Positions 31,619 to 40,025 of a stretch of 42,634 nt of DNA are shown in pieces. A program made the translations under genes and the position numbers. Under the pieces are notes generated by a model, which did no database searches, had not been told where the DNA came from, and was given only the letters and a program-made list of their open reading frames with translations. The stretch is from Candidatus Peribacteraceae bacterium (GTDB lineage Bacteria > Patescibacteriota > Gracilibacteria > Peribacterales > Peribacteraceae): assembly GCA_018062585.1 (NCBI GenBank), contig JAGORY010000002.1:1-42634 (forward strand). The letters are read 5' to 3'. How positions within the stretch are numbered: position 1 is the stretch's first letter; each line of letters opens with the position of its first letter.

Positions 31619-32326
31619 TCATTTACTGAGTTCCGCCACAAGTTGCTCTAGGAGTTCATCGCCGTTTTCAGCGACGTGTAATTCATAGAGCCTATTCCTG
31701 ATACGGAAGAAAACGATGCGTTCAGCACTCAATGCCGGATCAAGAAAGGAAAGGTAGTCCACGGGGGCACCGTTTGTGGGTGAACGAGTTTCATCCACGA
31801 GCTCCGTGACCTTGCCCGAGAATTGTTCCTGTAACGTCTGCTTCAAAGCGGCGAACAGGATTTTTACGTCGTCACTTTCGATCCACGAGAAAAGGAACGC
31901 GCGGTCGTTGTTCCTCAGCAACACCGATGTCTTCACTGTGGCTCGGTCAGGAACAGTGAGCAGAATGAAGCTGGCCTCGTTTGTCTCTTTGGAAACGAGC
32001 TGCAGTTTCGCGAGTACCGCATTCACGTCGATGCCTCCGGCCTTCTTCGTCGAGACTCCTTTCTTTACAACACTTGGTGTCGATGAGCTTGTCGCAGCTG
32101 GCGGAAGTGCTGGGGGTACTCCTTCTGATGACGCACTCGATGACACAGGAAAGGTGTTCGTGGATGACGAGCTCGATGAAGCCAGAACCTCCGGTGGGGG
32201 GATGATGGGATTCTCTTCCTGTAGTGCGATCATGTGTGGTTGCTCGCTTAGGACATAATCAGCACCCGCAAGTCCGACGCCGGTGAGCATGATGACGATG
32301 CCTGCAATAAGGACGTCGGTCCGCAT
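31619..32326 (-). CDS. Hypothetical membrane-anchored/secreted protein with a Ser/Pro-rich linker
   Basis: From ATG 32326: MRTDVLIAGIVIMLTGVGLAG (anchor), then a PPPEVLASSSSSSTNTFPVSSSASS linker and a ~140-aa C-terminal domain. Occupies the position usually held by nusG but has no KOW/NGN features. Confidence 0.55.
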   Translation of the reverse strand: MRTDVLIAGIVIMLTGVGLAGADYVLSEQPHMIALQEENPIIPPPEVLASSSSSSTNTFPVSSSASSEGVPPALPPAATSSSTPSVVKKGVSTKKAGGIDVNAVLAKLQLVSKETNEASFILLTVPDRATVKTSVLLRNNDRAFLFSWIESDDVKILFAALKQTLQEQFSGKVTELVDETRSPTNGAPVDYLSFLDPALSAERIVFFRIRNRLYELHVAENGDELLEQLVAELSK

Positions 32327-32376
32327 ATACGAGAGTGTATCAAAGACGGCTAGCGTGAGCGATACGTACTTCGGGC

Positions 32377-34452
32377 TTAGCCGAGTACGACCTTTGTGTC
32401 CGCGATAACGACACCTGTATTTCCCACGAGGACCGGATTTACGTCGATCTCGGTAATGCGGGGGCAATCGGAGAGCATGAGAGAGATTTTTCTGATGACA
32501 TTGGAGAGGGCGTCGATATCGAGTGCTCCTTTGCCGCGCATGCCCGAGAGAAGCTTCCACGATTTCAGACTCGCGAGCATTTCGTACGATTCCTTCTCTC
32601 CGACCGGAGCAAGGCGGAATGATGTGTCTTTGAAAAGTTCGGTGTAGATGCCGCCGAGTCCGGCCATGACGAGTGGGCCGAACGACGGATCGTTGAGGCC
32701 ACCGACGATGAACTCGTTGCCGATCGGAAGGAATTGCTGGAGAAGTACTCCCCGAATCGCGGCACCGGGAACATTTTTGGTGCACGCCTTTACGATCTCG
32801 TCATACGCTTTCTTCACGTCGTTCGGTGTTTTCAGATTCACGCGCACGCCGCCAACGTCAGTCTTGTGGATGATATCCGGTGAGCTCACTTTGGCGATGA
32901 CGGGGTAACCGATGCTTTCGGCTATGCTCTGCGCTTCCGAGCCACTCGTCGCAACCGCTTGTTCGGGGACTACGAGGTCATACAGCGCGAAGAGTTCGGC
33001 TGCGATTTCTTCAGACAGGAGTCCGGTCCTCCCTTTCAAAAGCTGACGTGCCGCGGCCGCGCGGTCATCACCAGTGGCGTCGTCTTCGGCTGCGATGTCT
33101 TCATCTTCTTTGAGAAGTAACGAGAGTCCCCTCACTGCTTCTTCCGGAGTCTCGAAACTAGCGATCCCGTTCTGTCTGAGGATTGATCGTGCTTCTGCCA
33201 CTTGGGCGCCGCCCATGAAACTCGTCGTCACCGGAAGCATCGACCGAGTCTTTTTTGCGGCCACGATGGCGCGTGCGATGTCGACGCACGGTGTCATGAC
33301 TTGCGGTGTCAGGAGGATCGCGATGCCGTCGACATTCGGGTCGCTTGCGACTGCCGTGAGTGCCGCTTTGTATCTGTCGCCGAGTGCGTCACCAAGAACA
33401 TCGACGGGGTTGGCGCTACTCGCTGCTGGCGGCAAAGCACTCTTGAGTGTGGTCACTGTTTTGTCGCTAAGCTCAGCCAAACGAATGCCGGCTGACTCCG
33501 CTGCGTCGGTTGCGAGCACGCCTGGTCCGCCGGCGTTCGTGATGATCGCGACGTTGCGACTAAGGAGAGGGGGAGACGAACGAAGAAGTGTGAGCAGAGC
33601 TAAAAATTCCTGCGTATTTTTGGCGCGGTGAATACCGGCTGCTTCACACGCCGCGTCGAGTCCGGCGGTGGAACCCGCGAGTGCCCCGGTGTGGGACGAC
33701 ACGGCTTTCGCTCCGCGCGCCGAGACGCCGGCCTTGATGAGAATGATCGGTTTCTTTTTTCCGATTCTCTTCGCTGTGTCTACAAACGATCGTCCGTCTT
33801 TGATGCTCTCGAGGTACAGGCCGATGACTTTCGTCTCCGGATCTTTTTCGCATACTTCCAAGAACGATACCTCGTCGAGGTCGGTTTTATTGCCGATGCT
33901 GGCGACAAAAGAAAAATGCAGATGCTGATGGGCTGCGGCATCGAGGAGCGCTACTGCCATCGCGCCGGATTGGCTGAGGAGAGCGACGTCTCCGGCTTTA
34001 TCGGGTGTCGCTGCAAATGACGCATTGAGGCCAATCTTGGGCCTGAGGACACCGAGGCAGTTGGGCCCAACCATGCTCATCTCGTATTTCTCGCACGTTT
34101 TTTTCAGTTCTTCTTCGGCTGCGTGCCCTTCCTTCGTTCCGGTCTCACCGAATCCGGCTGAGATGACAACGATGGTCTTCACGTTCTTCTTGCCGCACTC
34201 TTCTGCAAGTGCGGGAACCGTAGCAGCCGGTGTCACGATCACGACCATGTCCGGATTTTCTGGAATATCGAACACAGAATGAAAGCAGGGGACTCCCAGA
34301 AGTTCATCATGTTTGGGGTTCACCGGAAAAATCTTTCCTTTGTAGCCGCTCTCGAGCAGGTTTTTTAGGATGTAGTGACCGAGTTTCTTCTCTTCGCCGC
34401 TTGCGCCGATGAGTGCGACAGATCTTGGTTCGAGCGTGAACATTTGGCTCAT
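32377..34452 (-). CDS. ADP-forming acetyl-CoA synthetase (acetate--CoA ligase, fused alpha/beta)
   Basis: CoA-binding start PRSVALIGASGEEKKLGHYILKNL, the ligase-CoA region VVISAGFGETG and SHTGALAG, and a C-terminal ATP-grasp domain (GYPVIAKVSSPDIIHKTDVGGV). ATG at 34452. Confidence 0.85.
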   Translation of the reverse strand: MSQMFTLEPRSVALIGASGEEKKLGHYILKNLLESGYKGKIFPVNPKHDELLGVPCFHSVFDIPENPDMVVIVTPAATVPALAEECGKKNVKTIVVISAGFGETGTKEGHAAEEELKKTCEKYEMSMVGPNCLGVLRPKIGLNASFAATPDKAGDVALLSQSGAMAVALLDAAAHQHLHFSFVASIGNKTDLDEVSFLEVCEKDPETKVIGLYLESIKDGRSFVDTAKRIGKKKPIILIKAGVSARGAKAVSSHTGALAGSTAGLDAACEAAGIHRAKNTQEFLALLTLLRSSPPLLSRNVAIITNAGGPGVLATDAAESAGIRLAELSDKTVTTLKSALPPAASSANPVDVLGDALGDRYKAALTAVASDPNVDGIAILLTPQVMTPCVDIARAIVAAKKTRSMLPVTTSFMGGAQVAEARSILRQNGIASFETPEEAVRGLSLLLKEDEDIAAEDDATGDDRAAAARQLLKGRTGLLSEEIAAELFALYDLVVPEQAVATSGSEAQSIAESIGYPVIAKVSSPDIIHKTDVGGVRVNLKTPNDVKKAYDEIVKACTKNVPGAAIRGVLLQQFLPIGNEFIVGGLNDPSFGPLVMAGLGGIYTELFKDTSFRLAPVGEKESYEMLASLKSWKLLSGMRGKGALDIDALSNVIRKISLMLSDCPRITEIDVNPVLVGNTGVVIADTKVVLG

Positions 34453-34528
34453 TGTATTCAATCTGTGCGGCAACTCATAATGCGGTTTTGTGAATTGTGC
34501 ATCGGGTGTACTGACGTATACTTGCCGC

Positions 34529-35575
34529 ATGGCTCTCGAACGAAAACAGCGCAAGCAAGAAGAGGAGGAGGTCACAGTGACCGCCAAGGACAGAGATGCC
34601 GAACAGGCCGACTCGACGCTGCGACCGGTACATTTGGATGAATACGTGGGACAATCGGAGATCAAAGAACACTTGAAAGTCTATCTGCATGCGGCGAAGA
34701 AGCGCTCCGAACCCTTAGGTCACACGATTCTTCACGGACCGCCGGGTCTGGGAAAGACAACGCTCGCCTACATTCTGGCTCGCGAAATGGGTGCGCAGGT
34801 GCGCGTGACATCCGGTCCGGCCATCGAGAAACCGGGAGATCTAGCGTCACTTCTCACGAATCTACAGGCTGGTGACGTGCTCTTCATTGATGAGATTCAC
34901 CGCATGCGTCCGGCTATCGAGGAAGTACTCTACAGCGCGATGGAGGATTACGCGCTCGATCTTATGATTGGCAAAGGTCCGTCCGCGCGTTCGATGCGCA
35001 TCGACCTTCAGCCATTTACGTTAGTCGGAGCGACGACGAAAGTCGGAGCGGTGAGCATGCCGCTTCGTGATCGCTTTATTCATAACTTCAAACTTTCTTT
35101 CTATAAACCTGAAGAGCTTCAGAAAATTGTCGCTCGTACGGCAAAAATCTTGGAGCTTGCTATCGACTCAGATGCGTCCAAGCTCATCGCACATGCGAGC
35201 CGAGCTACACCCCGAATTGCCAACCGTCTTGTTCGATCGATTCGTGATTTTGCTCAAGTCAATGAGGAAAAGACGGTGTCGCCGGCGCGTGTGAAGGCCA
35301 CACTTGGCTTACTCGGTATCGACGATCGCGGACTCGATACGACTGATCGTTTGATCCTGCTCACCGTCATCGAAAAGTTTTCTGGTGGTCCAGTCGGACT
35401 CGGCTCTTTGTCCGCCGCACTCTCGGAAGATGAGGAGACGCTCGAAGATGTGTACGAACCGTATCTGATTCAGTGTGGATTTTTGCATCGCACGCCGAAG
35501 GGTCGCGCCGTCACGAAGCTTGCGTATGAATTACTGGGGATGGATGTGCCGGAGGGGAGCCAAACATTGTTCTAG
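34529..35575 (+). CDS. ruvB: Holliday junction branch migration helicase RuvB
   Basis: LRPVHLDEYVGQ, Walker A GPPGLGKTTLA, Walker B VLFIDEIHR, sensor GATTKVG. ATG at 34529. Confidence 0.95.
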   Translation: MALERKQRKQEEEEVTVTAKDRDAEQADSTLRPVHLDEYVGQSEIKEHLKVYLHAAKKRSEPLGHTILHGPPGLGKTTLAYILAREMGAQVRVTSGPAIEKPGDLASLLTNLQAGDVLFIDEIHRMRPAIEEVLYSAMEDYALDLMIGKGPSARSMRIDLQPFTLVGATTKVGAVSMPLRDRFIHNFKLSFYKPEELQKIVARTAKILELAIDSDASKLIAHASRATPRIANRLVRSIRDFAQVNEEKTVSPARVKATLGLLGIDDRGLDTTDRLILLTVIEKFSGGPVGLGSLSAALSEDEETLEDVYEPYLIQCGFLHRTPKGRAVTKLAYELLGMDVPEGSQTLF

Positions 35576-35581
35576 CTTTTT

Positions 35582-36706
35582 CTACGTCATCGTGGCGATT
35601 GCTGCTCGAATATTTTTCTCGAATTCAGCGCGAGAAAACTTCTTTGCCTGCGCGAGTAGCAATTCTTTCGAATACTTTTTTTGTTCTATCTTCTTCATTG
35701 CTTCTTGCAGTGATTCCGGTGTGGGATCACTAAAAAATTCTCCGGTCTGACCATCGATCATCGTTTCGAGTGCGCCGCCGGATTTGAATGCGACAACCGG
35801 TGTACCGCATGCCATCGACTCGAGAGGAACCAAACCGAAATCTTCGTCGCCGGGGAAGATCGTCGCTTTTGCGTTCGCATACAAATCTTTAAGTTCCTCA
35901 CCTTTTCTCCAGCCGTAGAACTCCACCGTTTTTCCGGCGATAGACTGCAACCTGCGCTTGTCAGGACCCTCGCCGACGATGATGAGGCTTTTCTTTAGCT
36001 CGTTGCAAGCGGCAATGGCGAGATCGATTCGCTTATATCGGACGAGTGATGAGACGAGGAGAAAATATGGCGAGTGGTTAGTGGGTAGCGGGTAGCGAGT
36101 AGTGTTAAACCAAAAATCATCGATCGGTGGATACACGACCTCGCTGTCCCTGCGCCAATACAGCTCAACTCGTCGTTGTACTGTTTTCGAGGCTGCAAGC
36201 AGTTTGTCCGGCCTATCTGCCACTTCGGCGTCCCAGACCCTGAGCGGATGGAACGTGCGCTGTAGGTACCATTTTTTGATTGGCCCCAAGAGCCCGTGTC
36301 CTGCTTCACGCTGCACGTCGTGCGTACGGTCCCACAGATAGCGGGCAGGGGAGTGGACGTAGCAGAGATGTTTTGGTGCTGAGTTCGTGATGATGCCATG
36401 GACGAACGCCGATGATGTACTGAGGACCAGATCGAACTCCGAAAAATCCCAGGCTTCCACTGCTTTTGGAAAGCGACGTAGGAAGAGGTGATGATTCGAT
36501 CGAAGAGAAGTGGGTAGTGGGTAGTGGTTAGTGGTTAGTAGGGGATTCGGTCGGACTCGAGAAGCTGGAAACCAGTCACCGAGTTTCTTTTCGTCATACA
36601 GCAACGTGTAGATCGGAGCGTCGGGAAACATGTCCGCGAGAATGCGAAGCACGCGTTCGGCGCCGCCGCGCATTGTTAGTAACTCATGTACCAAGGCAAT
36701 TTTCAT
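35582..36706 (-). CDS. Glycosyltransferase family 4 (GT-B)
   Basis: MKIALVHELLTMRGGAERVL... N-terminus and the C-terminal GT4 signature FPGDEDFGLVPLESMACGTPVVAFKSGGALETM. Confidence 0.85.
   Translation of the reverse strand: MKIALVHELLTMRGGAERVLRILADMFPDAPIYTLLYDEKKLGDWFPASRVRPNPLLTTNHYPLPTSLRSNHHLFLRRFPKAVEAWDFSEFDLVLSTSSAFVHGIITNSAPKHLCYVHSPARYLWDRTHDVQREAGHGLLGPIKKWYLQRTFHPLRVWDAEVADRPDKLLAASKTVQRRVELYWRRDSEVVYPPIDDFWFNTTRYPLPTNHSPYFLLVSSLVRYKRIDLAIAACNELKKSLIIVGEGPDKRRLQSIAGKTVEFYGWRKGEELKDLYANAKATIFPGDEDFGLVPLESMACGTPVVAFKSGGALETMIDGQTGEFFSDPTPESLQEAMKKIEQKKYSKELLLAQAKKFSRAEFEKNIRAAIATMT
36076..36103. repeat. GGGTAGC-family heptad array inside the GT4 coding sequence (copy B)
   Basis: GGTTAGT GGGTAGC GGGTAGC GAGTAGT. 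On the gene strand it encodes TTRYPLPTNH. Confidence 0.85.
36512..36539. repeat. GGGTAGC-family heptad array inside the GT4 coding sequence (copy A)
   Basis: GGGTAGT GGGTAGT GGTTAGT GGTTAGT. On the gene strand it encodes LTTNHYPLPT (residues 57-66). Confidence 0.85.
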
Positions 36707-37251
36707 GAGAACGTGAGGATGGAATCGCGGAGTGCCGGAAAGGTCGTATATCCCGCTGAAGCGTTGAGATGACCGCCTCCCGGAATCAGTGTGATGTCAT
36801 GCTTGAGGTGTGTGCCGAGCTCCCGAGCATAGTCTTCGGAAAGGTACGGATCATCGCCACCGTGGATGATATAGAGCGAGCCGGCGTTCTCACGGATTGC
36901 TTCCCAGTCATACGGATCTTCGGTGAAGGTTATCATGAGTGGCGCGAATTTGTTCTGAGGAGTTTTCCATACCGGACTCACGAGAAAAGTCGCACACACT
37001 TTCGTGGTCGATCTTTCAAGCAGTCTGAGCGCGAATGCGGCACCGAGACTATGGCCGACGAGAATCGTTTCGCTCGAAATCCGATGCGTGGCCGCAGCAT
37101 GATCAAGCCATGCGTCGAGCATCGGAGCATTGGCGTCGGGAAAATCAGGCACGATCGTTTCAATCCCTTTTTGTTCCAATTCCGTTTTCATCCAAGGAAA
37201 CCAGTTTTCCTGCGCATTCCCGCCGATGCCGTGGATGATGAGGACGGTCAT
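36703..37251 (-). CDS. Alpha/beta hydrolase (YdeN/RBBP9-like serine hydrolase)
   Basis: VLIIHGIGGNAQENWFPW, nucleophile elbow VGHSLGA, and C-terminal GGGHLN. The stop overlaps the GT4 start by 4 nt (ATGA). The ORF is also open up to 37281. Confidence 0.75.
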   Translation of the reverse strand: MTVLIIHGIGGNAQENWFPWMKTELEQKGIETIVPDFPDANAPMLDAWLDHAAATHRISSETILVGHSLGAAFALRLLERSTTKVCATFLVSPVWKTPQNKFAPLMITFTEDPYDWEAIRENAGSLYIIHGGDDPYLSEDYARELGTHLKHDITLIPGGGHLNASAGYTTFPALRDSILTFS

Positions 37252-37699
37252 GGGCTCATTGTACACTCGGCACTTCATCATGCTTATTCTTTGGGCTGAA
37301 GATTGATCAAGACTGAGGCTGCGGTCACTTCGTCACATTCACCGGTAGTCTCCCGCCCCTTCAGTGCGCAAAGTGTGCACATTCCCTACTTCAATGACGC
37401 CTCTCAAACCATCGTCGTCCGATGATGAAGATTCCTCAGAAGGGGACCGTGAAGATTCCTTCGACCGCTGCCGTTCGCGGCATGACTTCAGGGGTTGTCG
37501 GACTAATCTCCAGGTTCTCGACAGCGTTCTGGTCACAAAAAAGCATCTGCTGGGTGATATGTCCAGACTCAGGGTCTTTGCGGTGGGGGACGGTGAGGGC
37601 GGGCAGGCGTTGCGATCGAATAACACCTAGCCCTTCAGTATTGGAGCTTTTTACGGCATACTTTCGGCGACCGCTCTTTTTACTTTGCAGTTTTTCCGT

Positions 37700-37775
37700 G
37701 GGTCGGTAGCTCAGCTGGTAGAGCAGTGCCCTTTTAAGGCATTGGCCGAGGGTTCAAATCCCTCCCGACCCACCA
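37700..37775 (+). tRNA. tRNA-Lys (anticodon UUU)
   Basis: GGGTCGGTAGCTCAGCTGGTAGAGCAGTGCCCTTTTAAGGCATTGGCCGAGGGTTCAAATCCCTCCCGACCCACCA. Acceptor GGGTCGG/CCGACCC, anticodon stem GTGCC/GGCAT with loop CTTTTAA, T-arm GAGGG-TTCAAAT-CCCTC, encoded CCA. Confidence 0.93.
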
Positions 37776-37846
37776 TGATCTGTACCCCATAAAAGACTAG
37801 GCACAGAATTACACAGTGCTAAAGTCATCTCCATTTTGATTTTTCT

Positions 37847-38260
37847 GTGGCCTATCCATCTTTAGATAAAGTTCCGGCAGATATGCTACGCAGCTTGCAA
37901 TCTGATGTGGAAGGAACGCCGTTTGAAGTCCTCCTACAAAACAAGCCAATCAGACCGCAATATTTCCATGCATTGGTCATGGCTTTAACGAATTCTAAAA
38001 GAATAAGTCCACAGAAACGCCGAGTATTTGTGGAGAGATACAATCTCGATGGAAAAGGGTATAGAACGTTCAAGGAAATCGGAGATGGGTTGAGCCTGAG
38101 TCTCAATCACATGCGTAATGAAGTACATACGGCGATTCGACAGATGCTCCAATGCCTAGAGACGCTCAAGCACGATAAAGATTTATCCATACTTGGTGAT
38201 AAATACAAAGTGGAAGAACCAACTGATTCAATCAGCGTTGTACCTCAAGCCGCTGAGTAA
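37847..38260 (+). CDS. Small protein with a sigma-70 region-4-like helix-turn-helix
   Basis: RRVFVERYNLDGKGYRTFKEIGDGLSLSLNHMRNEVHTAIRQM matches the region 4 pattern (...R..L..R..L.....T..EIG..LG.S...V.......AL..L). No region 2. AT-rich relative to neighbours. ATG at 37883 is an alternative start. Confidence 0.55.
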   Translation: MAYPSLDKVPADMLRSLQSDVEGTPFEVLLQNKPIRPQYFHALVMALTNSKRISPQKRRVFVERYNLDGKGYRTFKEIGDGLSLSLNHMRNEVHTAIRQMLQCLETLKHDKDLSILGDKYKVEEPTDSISVVPQAAE

Positions 38261-38370
38261 GCGACACCAAAAAGTTCTTCCGTGTAGTGTGCCCCGCGTA
38301 GCGCGAAGTAGCCCATCCCCCTCACTCTGCTTATACGTATATCTGCTCTTTTCTGCTATAATAATCCGAG

Positions 38371-39072
38371 ATGTTTCCCTTCACACACAAACCGGCGACG
38401 CTGCTTGGTGTTAGTAACAGTGAACGGCAGGAGGCCATAGAACATCTGGTCGATGCGACGGCGCTGCGGCATGGCTATTATCTGCTGCTGACGCTTTCGG
38501 TCATCATCGTCACGCTCGGGCTCCTTATCGATAATACGCCCATCGTCATCGGAGGCATGGTCATCGCGCCTGTGCTCACTCCCATTCTTCTCCTCGCGGT
38601 CGGCATCGCCTCGCACAGTGTCCGCGCTATCTCGCATGCGTCCATCGTTCTCCTGACCTCGATGATCATCGTGCTTTCGTTGTCTCTGCTGCTCACGTGG
38701 ATCGTTGCATACGCCACACCCGTCACTCCTGTCATTCCCGAGCAAACGAATCCGATCATGTACTTCGTCATCGCATTTTGCTCCGGCATCGTGGCCGGCT
38801 TCGCTTGGGTGAAGAAAGACCTAGCCGCCACCATCTCTGGTATTGCCATCGCCGTTTCGCTCTTACCGCCGCTCTGTATCACCGGCATCGGTTTGGCCGT
38901 CGGTAATGATGAGGTTGCATTGCGCTCCATGACGGTCTTCATGACGAACGTCTTCGGCATTCTGTTTGCCGCAGTCCTTACATTCGTGTTGCTCGGCTTC
39001 ATGCGATTCACGACCGTAGCGGAGAAAACCATGAAAAAAGAAGAGAAGGCCGAGGAAGCGGAGGCGGCGTAA
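38371..39072 (+). CDS. DUF389 domain membrane protein
   Basis: LIDNTPIVIGGMVIAPVLTPIL and repeated TM helices typical of DUF389. Lys/Glu-rich C-terminal tail. Confidence 0.75.
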   Translation: MFPFTHKPATLLGVSNSERQEAIEHLVDATALRHGYYLLLTLSVIIVTLGLLIDNTPIVIGGMVIAPVLTPILLLAVGIASHSVRAISHASIVLLTSMIIVLSLSLLLTWIVAYATPVTPVIPEQTNPIMYFVIAFCSGIVAGFAWVKKDLAATISGIAIAVSLLPPLCITGIGLAVGNDEVALRSMTVFMTNVFGILFAAVLTFVLLGFMRFTTVAEKTMKKEEKAEEAEAA

Positions 39073-39289
39073 CGTACACGGAAGATTATTTCCTGCGTTT
39101 ATGAAACCGTAAGAAAAGTATGGAGTGTGCGTCATCACACGCATATCACTTCACCACTTTCTCATGCGTAAGCTTCTGATAGCCATCGTCATCGCTGTTG
39201 TTTTCGGCGGAGGATGGGGACTCCTGTATTTGATACTTGGCTAACCAACGCTGAGACGATGGCAGAAGTCTGCACGCGAGAACGAAAGA

Positions 39290-39625
39290 TTAGTGGCCTT
39301 GAATCCTCACATTCTTCTCCTCGATAATTTTTCTGAAATTCTCGTTCGTCGTTGCCCATTCAACGATATCCACTTTCATCGGAAGCAGGGATGCACTGAA
39401 TGCGTTTTGTAGCTCGGCAAATGTGTGAGTAGTAAGCGAGGACTCGTTCATAATGACCAGATCGATGTCTGATGTCGTCTTGGCTTTTCCATGAACTCGA
39501 GAACCGAATACTGCGACTGTTTGATCTGGAATGAATCGTCGGAGAATTCTCACAACGATATCCATATGCTCCGGCGTGAGATCAATGGGAGAATTTTTCA
39601 AGTGCTGAGAGGAGTTGTTGGACAT
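39290..39625 (-). CDS. MNT-type nucleotidyltransferase (second HEPN/MNT pair)
   Basis: VAVFGSRVHGKAKTTSDIDLVIM (GS...DxD). Start uncertain: ATG 39625, TTG 39601 or ORF limit 39646, all overlapping the upstream HEPN gene end (39582). Confidence 0.8.
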   Translation of the reverse strand: MSNNSSQHLKNSPIDLTPEHMDIVVRILRRFIPDQTVAVFGSRVHGKAKTTSDIDLVIMNESSLTTHTFAELQNAFSASLLPMKVDIVEWATTNENFRKIIEEKNVRIQGH

Positions 39626-39983
39626 CAGGAAGGAATTTCTTAGCACTTGCGTAGACCGTCATCGCAACGGATGCATCGTACGTGTGAGATGTTTTATTGC
39701 GTTCCGTTCGGTAGTCAAACCAACGTTCGATGTTTGTTATGAGGCCTCTTTCGGCAGCAGTTCGTAGCACATCATTCCATGCCATCGTGTCCACTTTTTC
39801 ATCAAACTGTGTTTCCAATGTGCGTTTGATCATTTTCTGCGCAAGCTCGTAGCAATATTCGAACCGTTGGATGACGCCGTCTCTTACGATTTCTTTCGCT
39901 GGTTCGGCTTCGGCAAACTCGATGCCCTGTTCAAGCTGCAGCACAGCATTGTGTAGCGAAGAAATGTCCAAACGTACGATCAT
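39582..39983 (-). CDS. HI0074-family HEPN protein (second pair)
   Basis: VIQRFEYCYELAQKMIKRTL...RTERNKTSHTYD (Rx4H motif). 133 aa. Confidence 0.8.
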   Translation of the reverse strand: MIVRLDISSLHNAVLQLEQGIEFAEAEPAKEIVRDGVIQRFEYCYELAQKMIKRTLETQFDEKVDTMAWNDVLRTAAERGLITNIERWFDYRTERNKTSHTYDASVAMTVYASAKKFLPDVQQLLSALEKFSH

Positions 39984-40025
39984 AACTGGTCAGGTAAACG
40001 GCCACAGTATAGCATATCGTTTCGC

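Noticed and set aside
32327-32785. N-terminal 153-aa extension of ORF 31619..32785
   Set aside because: The extension is Arg/His/Ser-rich and overlaps the 3-prime end of the acetyl-CoA synthetase gene. The ATG at 32326 gives a clean signal/anchor sequence, so the shorter gene 31619..32326 was called.
37282-37699. RNase P RNA, tmRNA, SRP RNA or 6S RNA in the gene-free segment before tRNA-Lys
   Set aside because: On neither strand did I find the conserved RNase P core (GAGGAAAGTCC-type), a tRNA-like tmRNA end with a T-loop, or the SRP GGAA/AGCAG motif. The segment is left unassigned and reported only as a finding.
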